A stretch of 64,000 nucleotides of DNA from positions 185,969 through 249,968 of the forward strand of contig CAWJBB010000027.1 of the NCBI GenBank assembly GCA_963840855.1, written 5' to 3'. Source of the stretch: an uncultured delta proteobacterium (lineage in GTDB: Bacteria; Desulfobacterota; Binatia; UBA9968). A program made the position numbers and the translations under genes. The notes under the pieces were generated by a model, which made no database searches, had not been told where the DNA came from, and saw only the letters and a list, made by a program, of their open reading frames with translations. Below, piece after piece: positions 9,736 through 21,468 of this stretch (position 1 is its first letter; each line of letters starts with the position of its first letter).

Positions 9736-10459
9736 TTAGAAATAGAGACGGCCCTTGTTGGGGTCGGGAACGCGTAAGGCCCATCTTGACGATCAGGGCA
9801 TCGACTTCATCTTTATACTGCTGGCGCGCCACCGCGTTGGGGCGGCGTTTGAGCCCCCAGTGCATATAGCGCTCCGAGCGATACGACTTGCTGTTGCCGA
9901 ACATATCCAGGCCTTTGGCGTACCAGTAATCGACGGCCTTTTGAATCCTCTCCTTGTGCTCGCCGCCTTTCGCGGCGAATTCGGCCGACGCGTTGGTGCC
10001 GAAGTCGACATGCCCTTCTTCTTCCCTGATAATATCCGGATCCTCGACCACCCGGGCCAGGGGCAAATAGGTGCAGTCAATAAACTCCTCAAGCTGGAAA
10101 CGACCGACGCGGTCGACCAAAAAACCGAAAACGGCAAAATCTTCCCAGGTTTTGATTTGGCCGCGAAAAGCCTCGACGTATCTTTCCTGATTGGGCCGGC
10201 TGAGCGTGTATGAAACGTCGACGCCGATGTCACCGGCCAGGCGCGCCATTTTTCTGAAGTGGTCCATCTCCTCGGCCGCCGTGCGCGCGACGATGAGTTG
10301 GTCCAATTTAGTCGGCGCGTTGGGCAGAATATCCTTGACGTAAAGGTTGGGGCCGCCGATCTCGCAATCCGCTTGAATCGCAAGCACGCGGCGCAGCAAA
10401 TCCTGATATTCCGGGTCCTGCTTCTCGAAATCCTTCAGTTCGATCTTGTCGGTAAACAT
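9736..10459 (-). CDS. PaaA/PaaC/BoxB-like ferritin-fold diiron protein (frameshift near 9772)
   Basis: QADCE, EEMDH, EEEGH diiron ligands; LDMFG; alternative frame ends VPDPNKGRLYF*. Confidence 0.8.
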
Positions 10460-10687
10460 TTATTAGAGCCTCCTGTCGCTGGCAAATCTGCGTGGCTACT
10501 GGAAATGGCTTAACAAAACGATGTCGATAAATCAACAGTGAGGGCCGTCACGCGCCTTAACCCCGTTCAAAACGTATCGTCGATGAATATCGAACCGTAA
10601 GAGGAAGCTTAACATGAACGTTAACCGCGCACGGGGTTTACTCGCTTCCAGCTTTTCACTACACTCTGCGCAAGAACGGAACCCGCC

Positions 10688-12040
10688 ATGGCCACCGGGG
10701 AAAAATTCGCGCTGCTTACCGACCTCTACCAGCTCACTATGGCGCAGAGCTATTTTCGCGAGGGCAAATCAGGGCTTGCCACTTTCAGCCTGTTCATCCG
10801 CTCCTATCCGCCCAACCGCGGTTATTTCGTCGCGGCGGGATTGCGCGACGTTATCGAGTTTCTCGAAACTTTTTCCTTCGGTGCGGCGGCCCTCGACTAT
10901 CTGTCTTCCCTGAACCTATGCACCGATGACTTCCTGCACTTTCTCAGCGGCCTGCGATTTACCGGGGACGTCTGGGCGCTGCCTGAGGGGCGAATTTTTT
11001 TTCCCGATGAGCCGGTTTTGGAAGTCACCGCGCCGATCATCGAGGCGCAGCTCGTCGAGACCTTCATCATCAATCAGATCAATTTGCAATCGCTCATCGC
11101 CACCAAAGCCGCCCGCTGCGTTCATGCCGCGGCGGGACGACCGCTGGCGGACTTCGCGCTCAGACGCACCCACGGCACCGACGCCGGCATGAAAGTAGCG
11201 CGCGCCAGCTACATTGCCGGCTTCGCCGCAACCAGCAACGTGCGCGCCGGGCAGCGCTACGGCATTCCGCTGGCCGGCACCATGGCCCACTCGTTCGTTA
11301 CCAGCTTCGAACGCGAGATCGACGCCTTCCGCGCTTATGTCGCGAGCTTTCCCAACAACGCGATATTGCTGATCGACACTTTCGACACGCTCCAAGGCGC
11401 GCGCATCGCAGTCGAGGTGGCCAAGGAAATGGCCGCCCGCGGCCAACGCCTTCAAGGGGTGCGCATCGACAGCGGCGACTTGGAACAACTCGCCATTGAA
11501 GTGCGCCGCGTATTTGACGACGCGGGATTGAAGGAAGTGAAAATTATCGGCAGCGGCGGTTTGGACGAATATGACCTCGCGCGATTCACCAACGCTAAAA
11601 TCCCCTACGACAGTTATGGCATCGGCACCAAGATGGGCGTATCCGCCGACGCGCCGTGGAGCGACATGGCCTATAAGCTAGTCGAATTCGGCGACCGCTC
11701 AGTCTTAAAACTCAGCACGGGCAAGGAGTCGTGGCCGGGAAAGAAGCAGGTGTTTCGCGTCCATGACGATCAGGGACAACTATCTGGAGACCTTGTCGCT
11801 CTGCGTAGCGAGCAGATGCCGGGAACAGAGACTTTGTTAACGCAAGTTATGCAGGCGGGCAAAATCGTCGGCCGGCTGCCAACCCTCGACGACTCCAAGT
11901 CGGTTTGCCGCGATGAGCTTGACCGGCTACCGGAAATTTACCAAGCCATCGTCGATCCGGCTTGTTACCCCGTTCAGTTCAGCGCCGGCCTAAAAGACCT
12001 GCGCGATTCCATCCGAAAGCGGGCGCTGCAAGCGCACTAG
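10688..12040 (+). CDS. pncB: Nicotinate phosphoribosyltransferase
   Basis: LLTDLYQLTM, DFALRR, GTMAHS, LIDTFD, GVRIDSGD, YKLVE. Confidence 0.95.
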   Translation: MATGEKFALLTDLYQLTMAQSYFREGKSGLATFSLFIRSYPPNRGYFVAAGLRDVIEFLETFSFGAAALDYLSSLNLCTDDFLHFLSGLRFTGDVWALPEGRIFFPDEPVLEVTAPIIEAQLVETFIINQINLQSLIATKAARCVHAAAGRPLADFALRRTHGTDAGMKVARASYIAGFAATSNVRAGQRYGIPLAGTMAHSFVTSFEREIDAFRAYVASFPNNAILLIDTFDTLQGARIAVEVAKEMAARGQRLQGVRIDSGDLEQLAIEVRRVFDDAGLKEVKIIGSGGLDEYDLARFTNAKIPYDSYGIGTKMGVSADAPWSDMAYKLVEFGDRSVLKLSTGKESWPGKKQVFRVHDDQGQLSGDLVALRSEQMPGTETLLTQVMQAGKIVGRLPTLDDSKSVCRDELDRLPEIYQAIVDPACYPVQFSAGLKDLRDSIRKRALQAH

Positions 12041-12046
12041 AGCTTC

Positions 12047-12107
12047 GTTCAAGGTTCAACGTTCCAATCGCTCCCCACCTTGAACCTTGAACGTTGAACT
12101 TTGAACC
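12047..12107. repeat. Heptamer (TTGAACY) inverted-repeat hairpin between convergent genes
   Basis: GTTCAAGGTTCAACGTT...TTGAACCTTGAACGTTGAACTTTGAAC; related copies at 17992-18054 and 56151-56219. Confidence 0.7.
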
Positions 12108-12123
12108 AGCAGGCGAATGCCGG

Positions 12124-13116
12124 CTAGAACTTAACCACCGCGGCGCCCCAGGCAAAACCGGAGCCAAAGGCGTTAAGCAACAGGATGTCGCCCGGTTTGA
12201 TCCGTCCCTGGCGTTTGGCTTCGTCGAGCGCCACGGGAATCGAGGCCGCCGAGGTGTTGCCGTATTTGTCGACGTTCACGACGACTTTGTCCATCGACAC
12301 GCCGAGCCGTTCGGCCAGGGCGACGATGATGCGCCGGTTCGCCTGGTGCGGAATCACGAGGGAGACTTGATCGATGGCGACGCCGGCCTCTTCGAGAGCC
12401 TGGCAGCTGATCTCTTCCATGGAGCGCACGGCGATCTTGAACACTTCCTTGCCGTTCATCGTGATGGTGTGTTCATGACGACGCACGGTTTCCGCGCTGG
12501 CGGGCCGTAACGAGCCGCCGGCGGGTATGTAGAGCGTTTTTGCGTAAGCGCCATCGGTGCGCAACTTGGTGCTCAGAATTCCGTTGCCGTTCTCGGAAGC
12601 GCCGAGCACCACCGCGCCGGCGCCGTCGCCGAACAGAATACAGGTGCCGCGGTCTTGCCAGTTGAGCACGCGGCTGAGCGCATCGGAGCCGACCACGAGG
12701 GCGTTGCGGATTTTTCCGGTGCGGATAAAGCAGTCCGCTACGGACAACGCGTTGAGAAATCCCGAACAGGCGGCGCCCACGTCGAAGGAAAAGACTCCGC
12801 GCGCGCCGAGCTTGTCTTCGAGGACGCAAGCGGAGCTCGGCATCTGATAGTCGGCGGTGACGGTCGCCATGATAATGGCGTCGAGGTCTGAGGTATCCAT
12901 ACCGGCGTCGGCGAGAGCGCGCTTGGCCGCTTCGCAGGCCATGTCGGCGGTGCCCTTGCCTTCTTCCAAGATGCGCCGTTCCTTGATGCCCGTCCGCACT
13001 GTGATCCACTCGTCGCTGGTATCGACCATCTTTTCGAGTTCCTGGTTGGTAACGACCGTCGACGGCAGCTCGGACCCAGTGCCGAGAATGACGCTGCGCA
13101 ATTGCGCTGTGCTCAT
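12124..13116 (-). CDS. fabH: Beta-ketoacyl-ACP synthase III
   Basis: DTSDEWI..RTGI, AACSGF, PHQAN, GNTSAAS; ATGA overlap with fabF. Confidence 0.96.
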   Translation of the reverse strand: MSTAQLRSVILGTGSELPSTVVTNQELEKMVDTSDEWITVRTGIKERRILEEGKGTADMACEAAKRALADAGMDTSDLDAIIMATVTADYQMPSSACVLEDKLGARGVFSFDVGAACSGFLNALSVADCFIRTGKIRNALVVGSDALSRVLNWQDRGTCILFGDGAGAVVLGASENGNGILSTKLRTDGAYAKTLYIPAGGSLRPASAETVRRHEHTITMNGKEVFKIAVRSMEEISCQALEEAGVAIDQVSLVIPHQANRRIIVALAERLGVSMDKVVVNVDKYGNTSAASIPVALDEAKRQGRIKPGDILLLNAFGSGFAWGAAVVKF

Positions 13117-14366
13117 TCGCTCCTCCTGAATATGACGCATGCGTTGGTGCCGCCGAATCCGAAGGAATTGGAAAGGGCGACTTTTATATCCGCCTTGCGC
13201 GCCTGGTTCGGCACATAGTCAAGATCACAGGCCGGATCGGGAGTATCGTAATTAATCGTCGGGGGGATGATACCATAGTGCAATGCCAGCGCCGAGTATA
13301 CTCCCTCCACCGCTCCCGCCGCGCCCAACAGATGGCCGGTCATCGATTTGGTCGAGCTTACCGCCAGCCGCGCCCCGTGTTCGCCGAACACTTTTTTGAT
13401 CGCCGTGGATTCGTTGGCGTCGTTATACTCCGTGGATGTCCCATGGGCATTGATGTAGTCGACCTCGCTGGGCGCGATACCCGCGTCTCGCAACGCCAAC
13501 TGCATGCAACGCGCCGCGCCCTCGCCTTCCGGTGCCGGCGCCGTCATATGATACGCGTCGCCGTTGGCGCCGTAGCCGATCACTTCCGCGTATATCTTCG
13601 CGCCCCGTTTGACGGCGCGCTCGCGTTCTTCGAGAATTAAGACGCCGGAACCCTCGCCGATGACAAAACCGTCCCGGTCTTTGTCGAATGGCCGGCTCGC
13701 CCGCTCCGGTTCATCGTTGCGCGTCGACAGCGCCTTCATGGCTGCGAAGCCGCCGACACCGAGCGGCGTGATCGCCGCTTCCGCCCCACCCGCAATCACC
13801 GCATCCTGCAACCCGCGGCGAATCAGATGAAACCCTTCGCCGATGGCATGGGTGCCGGAAGCGCACGCCGAAGTTGGCGTTAGGTTGATACCCTTGGTGC
13901 CAAAGCGTATCGCGATATGTCCCGGCGCAAGATTGGAGATCACTTTGGGAATGAAGAAAGGCGATATTTTTCGCGGCCCGCCGGCCAGCAAAGCTACCTT
14001 GGTAACTTCGAGCGTCTCGAGACCGCACATCCCGACGCCGATAATGACGCCGACAGCTTCGGCGAACTCCGGATCGATCTTTAAGCCGCTGTCTTCCATC
14101 GCCATCGACGCCGCGCCGATGGCATAGTGGATGAAACGATCCATTTTCTTGATCTCTTTGGCCTCGATAAAATCTTCGGCGCGAAAATCCGTTACCTGTC
14201 CGGCGATGCGCGACGCGTAGGACTCGATATCGGGAAAGCGGTCGATGAGTTTTATTCCCGAACGCCCGGCGGTCACGGCGTCCCAATTTTTTTGCACGCC
14301 GGTACCCAGTGGCGTCACCAGACCAAGACCTGTCAAGACAACTCGTCGTTGCTCAGCTCTGTTCAC
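13113..14366 (-). CDS. fabF: Beta-ketoacyl-ACP synthase II
   Basis: [35 protein letters not shown]. Confidence 0.96.
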   Translation of the reverse strand: MNRAEQRRVVLTGLGLVTPLGTGVQKNWDAVTAGRSGIKLIDRFPDIESYASRIAGQVTDFRAEDFIEAKEIKKMDRFIHYAIGAASMAMEDSGLKIDPEFAEAVGVIIGVGMCGLETLEVTKVALLAGGPRKISPFFIPKVISNLAPGHIAIRFGTKGINLTPTSACASGTHAIGEGFHLIRRGLQDAVIAGGAEAAITPLGVGGFAAMKALSTRNDEPERASRPFDKDRDGFVIGEGSGVLILEERERAVKRGAKIYAEVIGYGANGDAYHMTAPAPEGEGAARCMQLALRDAGIAPSEVDYINAHGTSTEYNDANESTAIKKVFGEHGARLAVSSTKSMTGHLLGAAGAVEGVYSALALHYGIIPPTINYDTPDPACDLDYVPNQARKADIKVALSNSFGFGGTNACVIFRRSE

Positions 14367-14445
14367 TTTTTCGTAACCGTTCGGTAATGGATTTGAAACC
14401 TAAAGATAGATTAGACCGGCGGAAGGGTCAATAGAAACTTGCGCA

Positions 14446-15471
14446 TCAGCGGTATTTTTCATGGATATCTAAAATGCCCTTTATGAGCGGCTGAATGCGT
14501 TGCGCTGCCGCCGCCGCGAGAACATCTGCGCCGGCAGGCCGGCGCATCTCATTCAAGACCGTCGCCACAGAACCGCGTAACGCCGCCAAATCGTAACCAC
14601 CCTCTAAGAGAAACGCGATTTTATTGTGGGTATATTCCTCCGCCAGGCGCAACATCTCCCGCGCCATCACCGCGAAACCGGCTTCGGTGACTTCCATGCC
14701 GCCCAATGGATCGCGCTGATGTGGGTCGAAACCGGCGGACACCAAGATCCAATCCGGTTGAAATTTTTTCACGGCGGGAACGATGACGTCGCGAAACACG
14801 CCGAGATATTCTCCATCAGCGCAGCCCGCGGGCAACGGCACGTTGATCGTATAGCCTTCGCCGGCGCCGGCGCCGACTTCACGCGCCGCGCCCGTGCCGG
14901 GATAATAAGGATATTGATGGGTTGAAATATAAAGCACCGACGGATCAGCGTAAAAAATTTCCTGCGTGCCATTACCATGATGCACGTCCCAATCCATCAC
15001 CAAGACGCGCCGAGCTTGATGCTCGCGTCTGAGATACCGCGCGCCGATGGCAACGGTATTGAAGAGACAAAAACCCATTGCCTGATCGGGCCGAGCGTGA
15101 TGGCCGGGAGGGCGGACCAGAGCGAAACCATTATGAAACTCGCCGGCAGCAATGGCCTCCAGCAATCCCAGAAAACCGCCCACCGCTAACAAACCCACGC
15201 CGAACGAATCGCGACAGGTGATCGTATCTCCATCCAGCGCAAAGCGGTTCGAGCGAGACGTTGACTCAACTAACGCTACGTGGTCGGCGCTGTGGCAGGC
15301 TTCGATCTCGGCTCTCGTCGCCGGCCTGGGCGGCAGCAGTTGAAACGCGCTGTTGTCGAGGGACGTCGCCAGGTCGAGCAAGACTTTAATGCGCTCGGGA
15401 CGCTCCGGATGAAACTCTCCCGGAAAATGTTTGAGATACTCTTGATCGATAACCACGGCGGTTTTCGCCAT
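14446..15471 (-). CDS. Histone deacetylase family amidohydrolase
   Basis: [41 protein letters not shown]. Confidence 0.95.
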   Translation of the reverse strand: MAKTAVVIDQEYLKHFPGEFHPERPERIKVLLDLATSLDNSAFQLLPPRPATRAEIEACHSADHVALVESTSRSNRFALDGDTITCRDSFGVGLLAVGGFLGLLEAIAAGEFHNGFALVRPPGHHARPDQAMGFCLFNTVAIGARYLRREHQARRVLVMDWDVHHGNGTQEIFYADPSVLYISTHQYPYYPGTGAAREVGAGAGEGYTINVPLPAGCADGEYLGVFRDVIVPAVKKFQPDWILVSAGFDPHQRDPLGGMEVTEAGFAVMAREMLRLAEEYTHNKIAFLLEGGYDLAALRGSVATVLNEMRRPAGADVLAAAAAQRIQPLIKGILDIHEKYR

Positions 15472-15558
15472 GAACAAACCCTATCATCTCATCCGCCATG
15501 GCGCAAAATCAGCCAGAGCAATCTTGCCAAGGCCCGGGAAATCGCTTACGTTACACTT

Positions 15559-15840
15559 ATGTTTGGCATCGGCATGCCGGAATTATTGCTGATACTCGCC
15601 CTGGCGCTGATCGTTCTCGGCCCGAAGAAACTGCCGGAACTCGCCCGCGCGCTGGGCAAAGGCATGGCAGAACTGCGCCGGGCTACGGATGAGATCAAAG
15701 ACGAGTTCCGTCGGGTGGAGAACGACATCCAGGACTCAACGCAGAGCGCCACCGCCAAGGACGATCCCTACTTGTCCGAGACGCAACTCGATGCGACGCA
15801 GTCGCCCCCTCCAGCCGAGTCCACTGAGAAGAAAACTTGA
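15559..15840 (+). CDS. tatB: Twin-arginine translocase TatB/TatA
   Basis: [34 protein letters not shown]; upstream of tatC. Confidence 0.88.
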   Translation: MFGIGMPELLLILALALIVLGPKKLPELARALGKGMAELRRATDEIKDEFRRVENDIQDSTQSATAKDDPYLSETQLDATQSPPPAESTEKKT

Positions 15841-16620
15841 GCGCGCAGCCAGGTCAAGGGCAACTCCAAGGTCAAATCCATGACGAACAGATGCCCTTTA
15901 CCTCTCATTTGGCCGAGCTTCGCTCCCGTCTAATTAAATCCGTTCTCGCTCTCGCCGTCGCATTCTCCGGCTGTTTCCCGCTGGCGGATAAGATTTTCGC
16001 GTTCCTCGCTGGACCGCTCAAGCGTTTAGACGTGCCTGGTCTGACACTGGTCGGCACCTCGGTGACCGAAGCCTTCTTTACCAAAATGAAAGTGGCGTTC
16101 GCCGCAGCGATCATCGTCGCCCTGCCGGTGCTATTATGGCAAGCGTGGCAGTTCGTCGCGCCGGGATTATATGAGCATGAAAAGCGCTACACCCGCTCCT
16201 TTGTCGCCTTCGGCTCGTTGTTTTTCTTCGCCGGCGCTATGTTTGGCTACGAAGTCGTCATCGGCCAAGGACTTGGGTTTTTGCTCAGGCGCTATGCAGG
16301 CGATCAACGTACAGCCGTGGATACAGGTCGGCGAATACTTCTCCGTCGCTGTGCGCGTCGTGCTCGCCTGCGGCGTCATGTTTCAATTGCCGGTGCTCGC
16401 TTTCTTTTTCGCCCGCGTCGGCCTCATCGACCACCGCTTTTTGATCCGCCACTTCCGCTACGCGGTTATCGGCATCGCCATCCTCGCCGCTGTTTTGACT
16501 CCGCCCGATTTTGTCGCGATGATTTTCTTCATGGTACCGCTGAGCGTGCTCTATGTCGTCAGCATCGGCGTCGCCTATCTGGCCCGGCGGAGGGAGGTGG
16601 CTGGAGAGCCGAAAGATTGA
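15837..16620 (+). CDS. tatC: Twin-arginine translocase TatC (frameshift near 16295)
   Basis: [22 protein letters not shown]; second frame [13 protein letters not shown]. Confidence 0.92.
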
Positions 16621-16653
16621 GTATTGAGATTTGACAAGCAGACCGTGTCGCGA

Positions 16654-16720
16654 TGTCATTCTGACAGCGGTAGCCGAAGAATCTCGACTTGACATCGATG
16701 AGATTGTGCGGATTATGACA
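16654..16720. repeat. REP-like palindrome (TGTCATTCTGA...GAAGAATCT...ATGACA)
   Basis: Same family as 49835-49904. Confidence 0.6.
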
Positions 16721-16776
16721 CAGCCTCGAGGAGTGGGGAAACTCGCAATTGATGATTGAAACTTCCGGTGGAGCTA

Positions 16777-16815
16777 ACGATTTGAACGGCTTGAACGATT
16801 GGAACAGCTGGAACG
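16777..16815. repeat. Short tandem repeat (TTGAACGGC/TGGAAC nonamers)
   Basis: AACGATTTGAACGGCTTGAACGATTGGAACAGCTGGAACG; similar to 40291-40388. Confidence 0.6.
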
Positions 16816-16828
16816 CCGCTGCCGCTTG

Positions 16829-17380
16829 CTAACTATCGTCGTTAACGAAAGCGCAGGCTGCGAAGACGGTGGTCCATAGACCGTCCTTGTTTCCGATGGC
16901 GGACTGGGTGATGTTTGACGTGCGGACAATCTTGCCGGACATTTTAAAAAGACTTTCTCTCTCGTCCCACGCGGTGTCGGGATCGAATTCGATCCCGAGG
17001 GTCGTCGCCAGCATGCTTGCAGCCAAATCTTCGGCGTATTCTCCGGCCTTTTCTTCGGTTTCCCCGAAGGAGTGATGCTCCGAGAGATAGCCCCATTGTT
17101 CCTGATCGGCGGGTATCGCCACGCCGACGGAAGCAGCCACCAAACGGTTGGGCTCATTAGTGGCCTCGCGGTCATAGATGCAAAAAACGACTTCACCGGG
17201 ACGCAAGAGTTTGGTTCCCTCTTCCTTTGAGAGGCGTTTGCAGCCCGGCGGATAGATGCTCGAGACAAGAACGAGGTTGCAATAGGCCAAACCCGCTTGC
17301 CTTAACGCCAGCTCAAAAGACGCCAACCTTTCCTTGTGGACGCCCACCCCTTTGGTGAAAAAACATTTTTTTGGAATCAT
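16829..17380 (-). CDS. Pyruvoyl-dependent arginine decarboxylase
   Basis: [34 protein letters not shown] (Ser-Ser autocleavage site), GYLSEHH. Confidence 0.92.
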   Translation of the reverse strand: MIPKKCFFTKGVGVHKERLASFELALRQAGLAYCNLVLVSSIYPPGCKRLSKEEGTKLLRPGEVVFCIYDREATNEPNRLVAASVGVAIPADQEQWGYLSEHHSFGETEEKAGEYAEDLAASMLATTLGIEFDPDTAWDERESLFKMSGKIVRTSNITQSAIGNKDGLWTTVFAACAFVNDDS

Positions 17381-17465
17381 AGTGCGGATTCCTATAACAT
17401 GAAAGACTTTGAGTGACAAGAATACGCCGGAAAATGCCTTGGTGAAGATTCTAGTTTCCGCCGTG

Positions 17466-17970
17466 TTACTCGACGATGACCAGCACGGCGCCGCCCTCAA
17501 CGGTGTCGCCTTGCTTGACTTTGATGTCCTTCACTTCCCCGGCGATGGGGCTGCGCACTTCGTTTTCCATCTTCATCGCTTCCACGATCACCAGCCCCTG
17601 CCCTTTCTCGACGACGTCGCCCTCGGCCACCAGCACCGCGATGACCTTTCCAGGCATCGGCACGGAAACGGTTCGGCGGCCTTGGAGTCCGCCGGCGGCC
17701 TGCGCGCCGCCGGCGCGCACGCGTCGTTCATCCACCAGGTTGACGTGATAATTGCGCCCGTCGACCAATACCAGGTACTCATCCCCCTTGTGGTCCACTT
17801 CGATTTCAAAGGAGCGATTGTCAACGATCAGTGAAAAGTTCGTGCGGCCGGTCTTCTTGCCGTCCACCAGGAACTCATTGCCGTCGACGGACACCCGGTA
17901 AACTGATTTCGCCTGTCTCTTCTATCTCTACGGTATACTTTTGTTCACCCAGCGTCGCGATGAAAGCCAT
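17466..17970 (-). CDS. Biotin carboxyl carrier subunit of acyl-CoA carboxylase (frameshift near 17910)
   Basis: [14 protein letters not shown] biotinylation motif; N-terminus MAFIATLG lies in another frame. Confidence 0.9.
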
Positions 17971-17991
17971 GGGAGCCTCTAGACCTGCGCC

Positions 17992-18054
17992 GTTCAAAGT
18001 TCAATGTTCAACGTCCCCTCCCCATCTTGAACCTTAAACCTTGAACTTTGAACT
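17992..18054. repeat. Heptamer inverted-repeat hairpin
   Basis: GTTCAAAGTTCAATGTTCAA...TTGAACCTTAAACCTTGAACTTTGAAC. Confidence 0.7.
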
Positions 18055-18073
18055 CACGCATAAACTTTGCGTG

Positions 18074-19615
18074 CTAGGAGCGGCGCCAAGCGCGCCGACC
18101 AGACGCCGTGCGGCCTTGCAGCAAGGTGTTTTTGCCCTGCTCACGCCACTTGGACGGCTCGGCGGCGCCTTTCGCCAAAAGCCCCAGGGTGGTTTCCTGT
18201 TCGCGATATAATGCCGCGATGGCAGCCGACGCCAGGGCGATCTCCTTGTGCGGGTAAAGTTCTTCCTTGGTCATGTTGCGGTGCTCTTCATCGATGAAGG
18301 CGGTGTTGTAGTCGCCAGCCATGAACCGGGGATGGCGCAGAATCCATTGGTGAAATGCGATATTGGTCTTGATGCCGCGCACCTGATATTCGCGCAGCGC
18401 GCGGCGCATGCGCAGGATCGCTTCGATCCGATTCTCGCCCCAGGTGATGAGCTTGGCGATCATCGGATCATAATAAATCGGCACCTCGGCGCCCTCGTAA
18501 ACGCCGCAGTCGTTTCTCAACCCCAGACCTTCGGGCAAACGTAGTCCTTCGATCTTGCCCGGACAGGGCATGAAGTCATTTTCTGGGTCCTCGGCATAGA
18601 TGCGGCACTCGATGGCGTGGCCGGTCTGTGTGATATGGCGCTGGCGCCAGGGAAGATAACCACCGGCGGCGATTTCGATCTGTGCCTTGACGAGATCGAT
18701 GCCCACCACCCGCTCGGTCACGGCGTGTTCCACTTGGAGGCGCGTATTCATTTCCAAAAAGTAGAAGTTCTGCTCCCGGTCCAGCAGGAACTCTAAGGTT
18801 CCCGCCCCTACATATCCCACCGTGCGCGCGCCTTGAATCGCGATGCGGCCGATGCGCCGGCGCGTGCGGTCTTCGAGTCCTGGCGCCGGCGATTCCTCGA
18901 TGACTTTTTGGTGGCGCCGCTGCACGGAACACTCACGGTCATAGAGGTGAATGACCCGGCCATAGCTATCGGCGAGAATCTGGACCTCGATGTGGCGCGG
19001 CCTTTCGATGAATTTTTCCACGTAAAGCCGCGCATCGCCAAAAGATGATGCGGCCTCGGAGCCCACCGCCCGGTAAGCCGACGATACTTCGCGGCGCGAG
19101 CGCACCAGGCGTAGGCCCTTACCGCCGCCGCCCGCCACAGCCTTCAGCATGCACGGATAGCCGATTGTTTCGATGGTGCGAAGAACATCTTCTTCCGAGG
19201 TCAATATCCCGTCCGACCCTGGCACCACGGGGACCCCCGCGTCCTTCATGACTTGGCGCGCCTTGACCTTGTCGCCCATCCGATCGATGACTTCCGGCGA
19301 CGGGCCGATGAAAACGATCCCCTCGTTTTTGCAGCGCTCGGCAAATGCGGCGTTTTCGGCAAGAAAGCCGTACCCCGGATGGATCGCTTCGGCGCCGCTT
19401 TTTTTTGCGACCTCGATGATGCGGTCGATGACCAGATAGCTCTGAGCCGATGGCGCCGGGCCGATGAGATAGGCGTAGTCCGCGTACTTTACATGCAGCG
19501 ACTCGCGGTCCGCCGCGGAGTAGACCGCCACGGTCTCGATGTCCAGCTCGCGGCAAGCGCGGGTGATGCGCACCGCGATCTCGCCGCGGTTAGCTATGAG
19601 AATGCGTTTAAACAT
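18074..19615 (-). CDS. accC: Biotin carboxylase subunit (acetyl/propionyl-CoA carboxylase)
   Basis: [55 protein letters not shown]. Confidence 0.93.
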   Translation of the reverse strand: MFKRILIANRGEIAVRITRACRELDIETVAVYSAADRESLHVKYADYAYLIGPAPSAQSYLVIDRIIEVAKKSGAEAIHPGYGFLAENAAFAERCKNEGIVFIGPSPEVIDRMGDKVKARQVMKDAGVPVVPGSDGILTSEEDVLRTIETIGYPCMLKAVAGGGGKGLRLVRSRREVSSAYRAVGSEAASSFGDARLYVEKFIERPRHIEVQILADSYGRVIHLYDRECSVQRRHQKVIEESPAPGLEDRTRRRIGRIAIQGARTVGYVGAGTLEFLLDREQNFYFLEMNTRLQVEHAVTERVVGIDLVKAQIEIAAGGYLPWRQRHITQTGHAIECRIYAEDPENDFMPCPGKIEGLRLPEGLGLRNDCGVYEGAEVPIYYDPMIAKLITWGENRIEAILRMRRALREYQVRGIKTNIAFHQWILRHPRFMAGDYNTAFIDEEHRNMTKEELYPHKEIALASAAIAALYREQETTLGLLAKGAAEPSKWREQGKNTLLQGRTASGRRAWRRS

Positions 19616-19628
19616 GGCGAAAAAGGCA

Positions 19629-19708
19629 TGAGGCGTGAGGCACGAGGCGAGAGGAACGGTCAACCCAATTAACGGTTTGACTCACGCCTTCCGCCTCACG
19701 CCTCACGG
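19629..19708. repeat. Heptamer (GAGGCGT) inverted-repeat hairpin
   Basis: TGAGGCGTGAGGCACGAGGCGAGAGG ... CTCACGCCTTCCGCCTCACGCCTCACG. Confidence 0.65.
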
Positions 19709-19714
19709 CTTTTT

Positions 19715-21266
19715 TTACAGTGGTATATTTCCATGCTTCTTGGGCGGATTGTGGTCGCGTTTGTTCTTGAGCATCTCCAGGGAACGGATCAAGCGTGGGG
19801 CGGGTGTCTTCCGGGTAAATTACGGCGTCGACGAAGCCAGCTTCCGCAGCCTTGAACGGATTGGCGAATGTTTGCCGGTATTGCGCGATCATTTGTTCTC
19901 TGGCTTTAGCGGGTTCGGAGGACTTCTCCAGCGCTTCGCGAAACACGATATTGATCGCGCCCTCCGGCCCCATGACCGCGATCTCGGCGGTGGGATAAGC
20001 GAGATTTACGTCGCCGCGCAGGTGCTTGCTAGACATAACGATGTAACCACCGCCGTAGGCTTTGCGGGTAACGATGGTCACCTTCGGTACCGTCGCCTCT
20101 GCGTAGGCATAAAGCAGCTTGGCGCCATGGCGAATGATACCGTCAAATTCCTGTGCCGTTCCCGGCAAAAAGCCCGGCACGTCGACGAAGGTCACCACCG
20201 GAATATTGAAACAGTCGCAGAAACGAATGAAGCGCGCCGCTTTTACCGACGCATTGATATCCAGGCATCCGGCCAGGTTGGCGGGCTGGTTGGCGACGAT
20301 CCCCACCGAACGGCCGCCGAGGCGCGCGAAGCCGACAAGAATATTCGGCGCAAATTCCGCTTGGACTTCGTAAAAATATCCCTCATCCACCACGGCGCCG
20401 ATCAGCTCTGTCATGTCATAAGGCCGGGTGGAATTGTCCGGCACAAGATCCCGAAGTTTTCGGTCCCGGCGCAGCGGGTCGTCGCTGTTGGGGCGAAATG
20501 GCGGTTCTTCCTGGTTGTTGCTCGGCAGAAAACCTAGCAGGTCGCGGATCATGAGAAGGCAGTCTTTTTCGCTCTTGGCCGTAAAATGCGATACGCCGCT
20601 TTTGGCGCTGTGGGTCTCCGCTCCCCCCAACTCTTCTTTGGTGACTTCCTCGTGAGTTACCGTCTTAATGACATCAGGGCCGGTAATGAACATGTAGCTG
20701 TTGGTCTCGACCATGAAGATGAAGTCCGTGATAGCCGGCGAGTAAACCGCCCCTCCCGCGCAGGGACCCATGATCGCCGTAAGCTGCGGGACGACACCGG
20801 AAGCCAAGACGTTTCGCTGAAAAATCTCGCCATACCCGGCAAGACTCATGACGCCCTCTTGGATGCGCGCGCCACCCGAGTCGTTGATGCCGATGAGCGG
20901 AGCGCCGTTTTTCATCGCGAGATCCATGACCTTGCAGATCTTTTCGGCGACGACGGCGCTCAAGCTGCCGCCGAAGACAGTAAAGTCCTGGGAATAGACG
21001 TACACCAATCGGCCGTCGACGGCGCCGTAGCCCGTCACCACGGCATCGCCGAAAAACTTTTGCTTGTCCATGCCGAAGTCGTTGCAGTCATGAGTGCGCA
21101 GGCGATCCATTTCGACGAAACTGCCGCTATCGAGCAAGATGTCGAGCCGTTCCCGCGCCAATAGCTTTCCCTGTTCATGTTGGCGCCGCGCGCGCTCCGG
21201 GCCGCCGCCGGCTTCGGCGCGCTCGTCAAGCTCGCGAAGCTTTTTTAAATTGTCACCGGTGGTCAG
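19715..21266 (-). CDS. pccB: Acyl-CoA carboxylase carboxyltransferase subunit (PccB-like; frameshift near 19795; start uncertain)
   Basis: [37 protein letters not shown]; alternative frame ends [10 protein letters not shown]. Confidence 0.9.
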
Positions 21267-21468
21267 GAATAAAGAATCCTTAAACGGAAAGTGGGAAGCG
21301 CGGAAATGCGCAAGTGGCGGCATCATAACAAAAGTTCCCGGAGTGTCAACTGTCTTTACAAATCTCTAGGCGCGCCGCTGCGTCTTGCGGTTCCACTATG
21401 AAATTGATAACTTAGCATCGCCTGATAATAGCGCATTCAAGCTTCTCCACAATTCGATCCGTAAAAAC

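Noticed and set aside
9530-10459. 309-aa PaaA-like fusion with C-terminal extension
   Set aside because: Frameshift artefact; a natural stop exists at 9736 and the small ORF has its own RBS.
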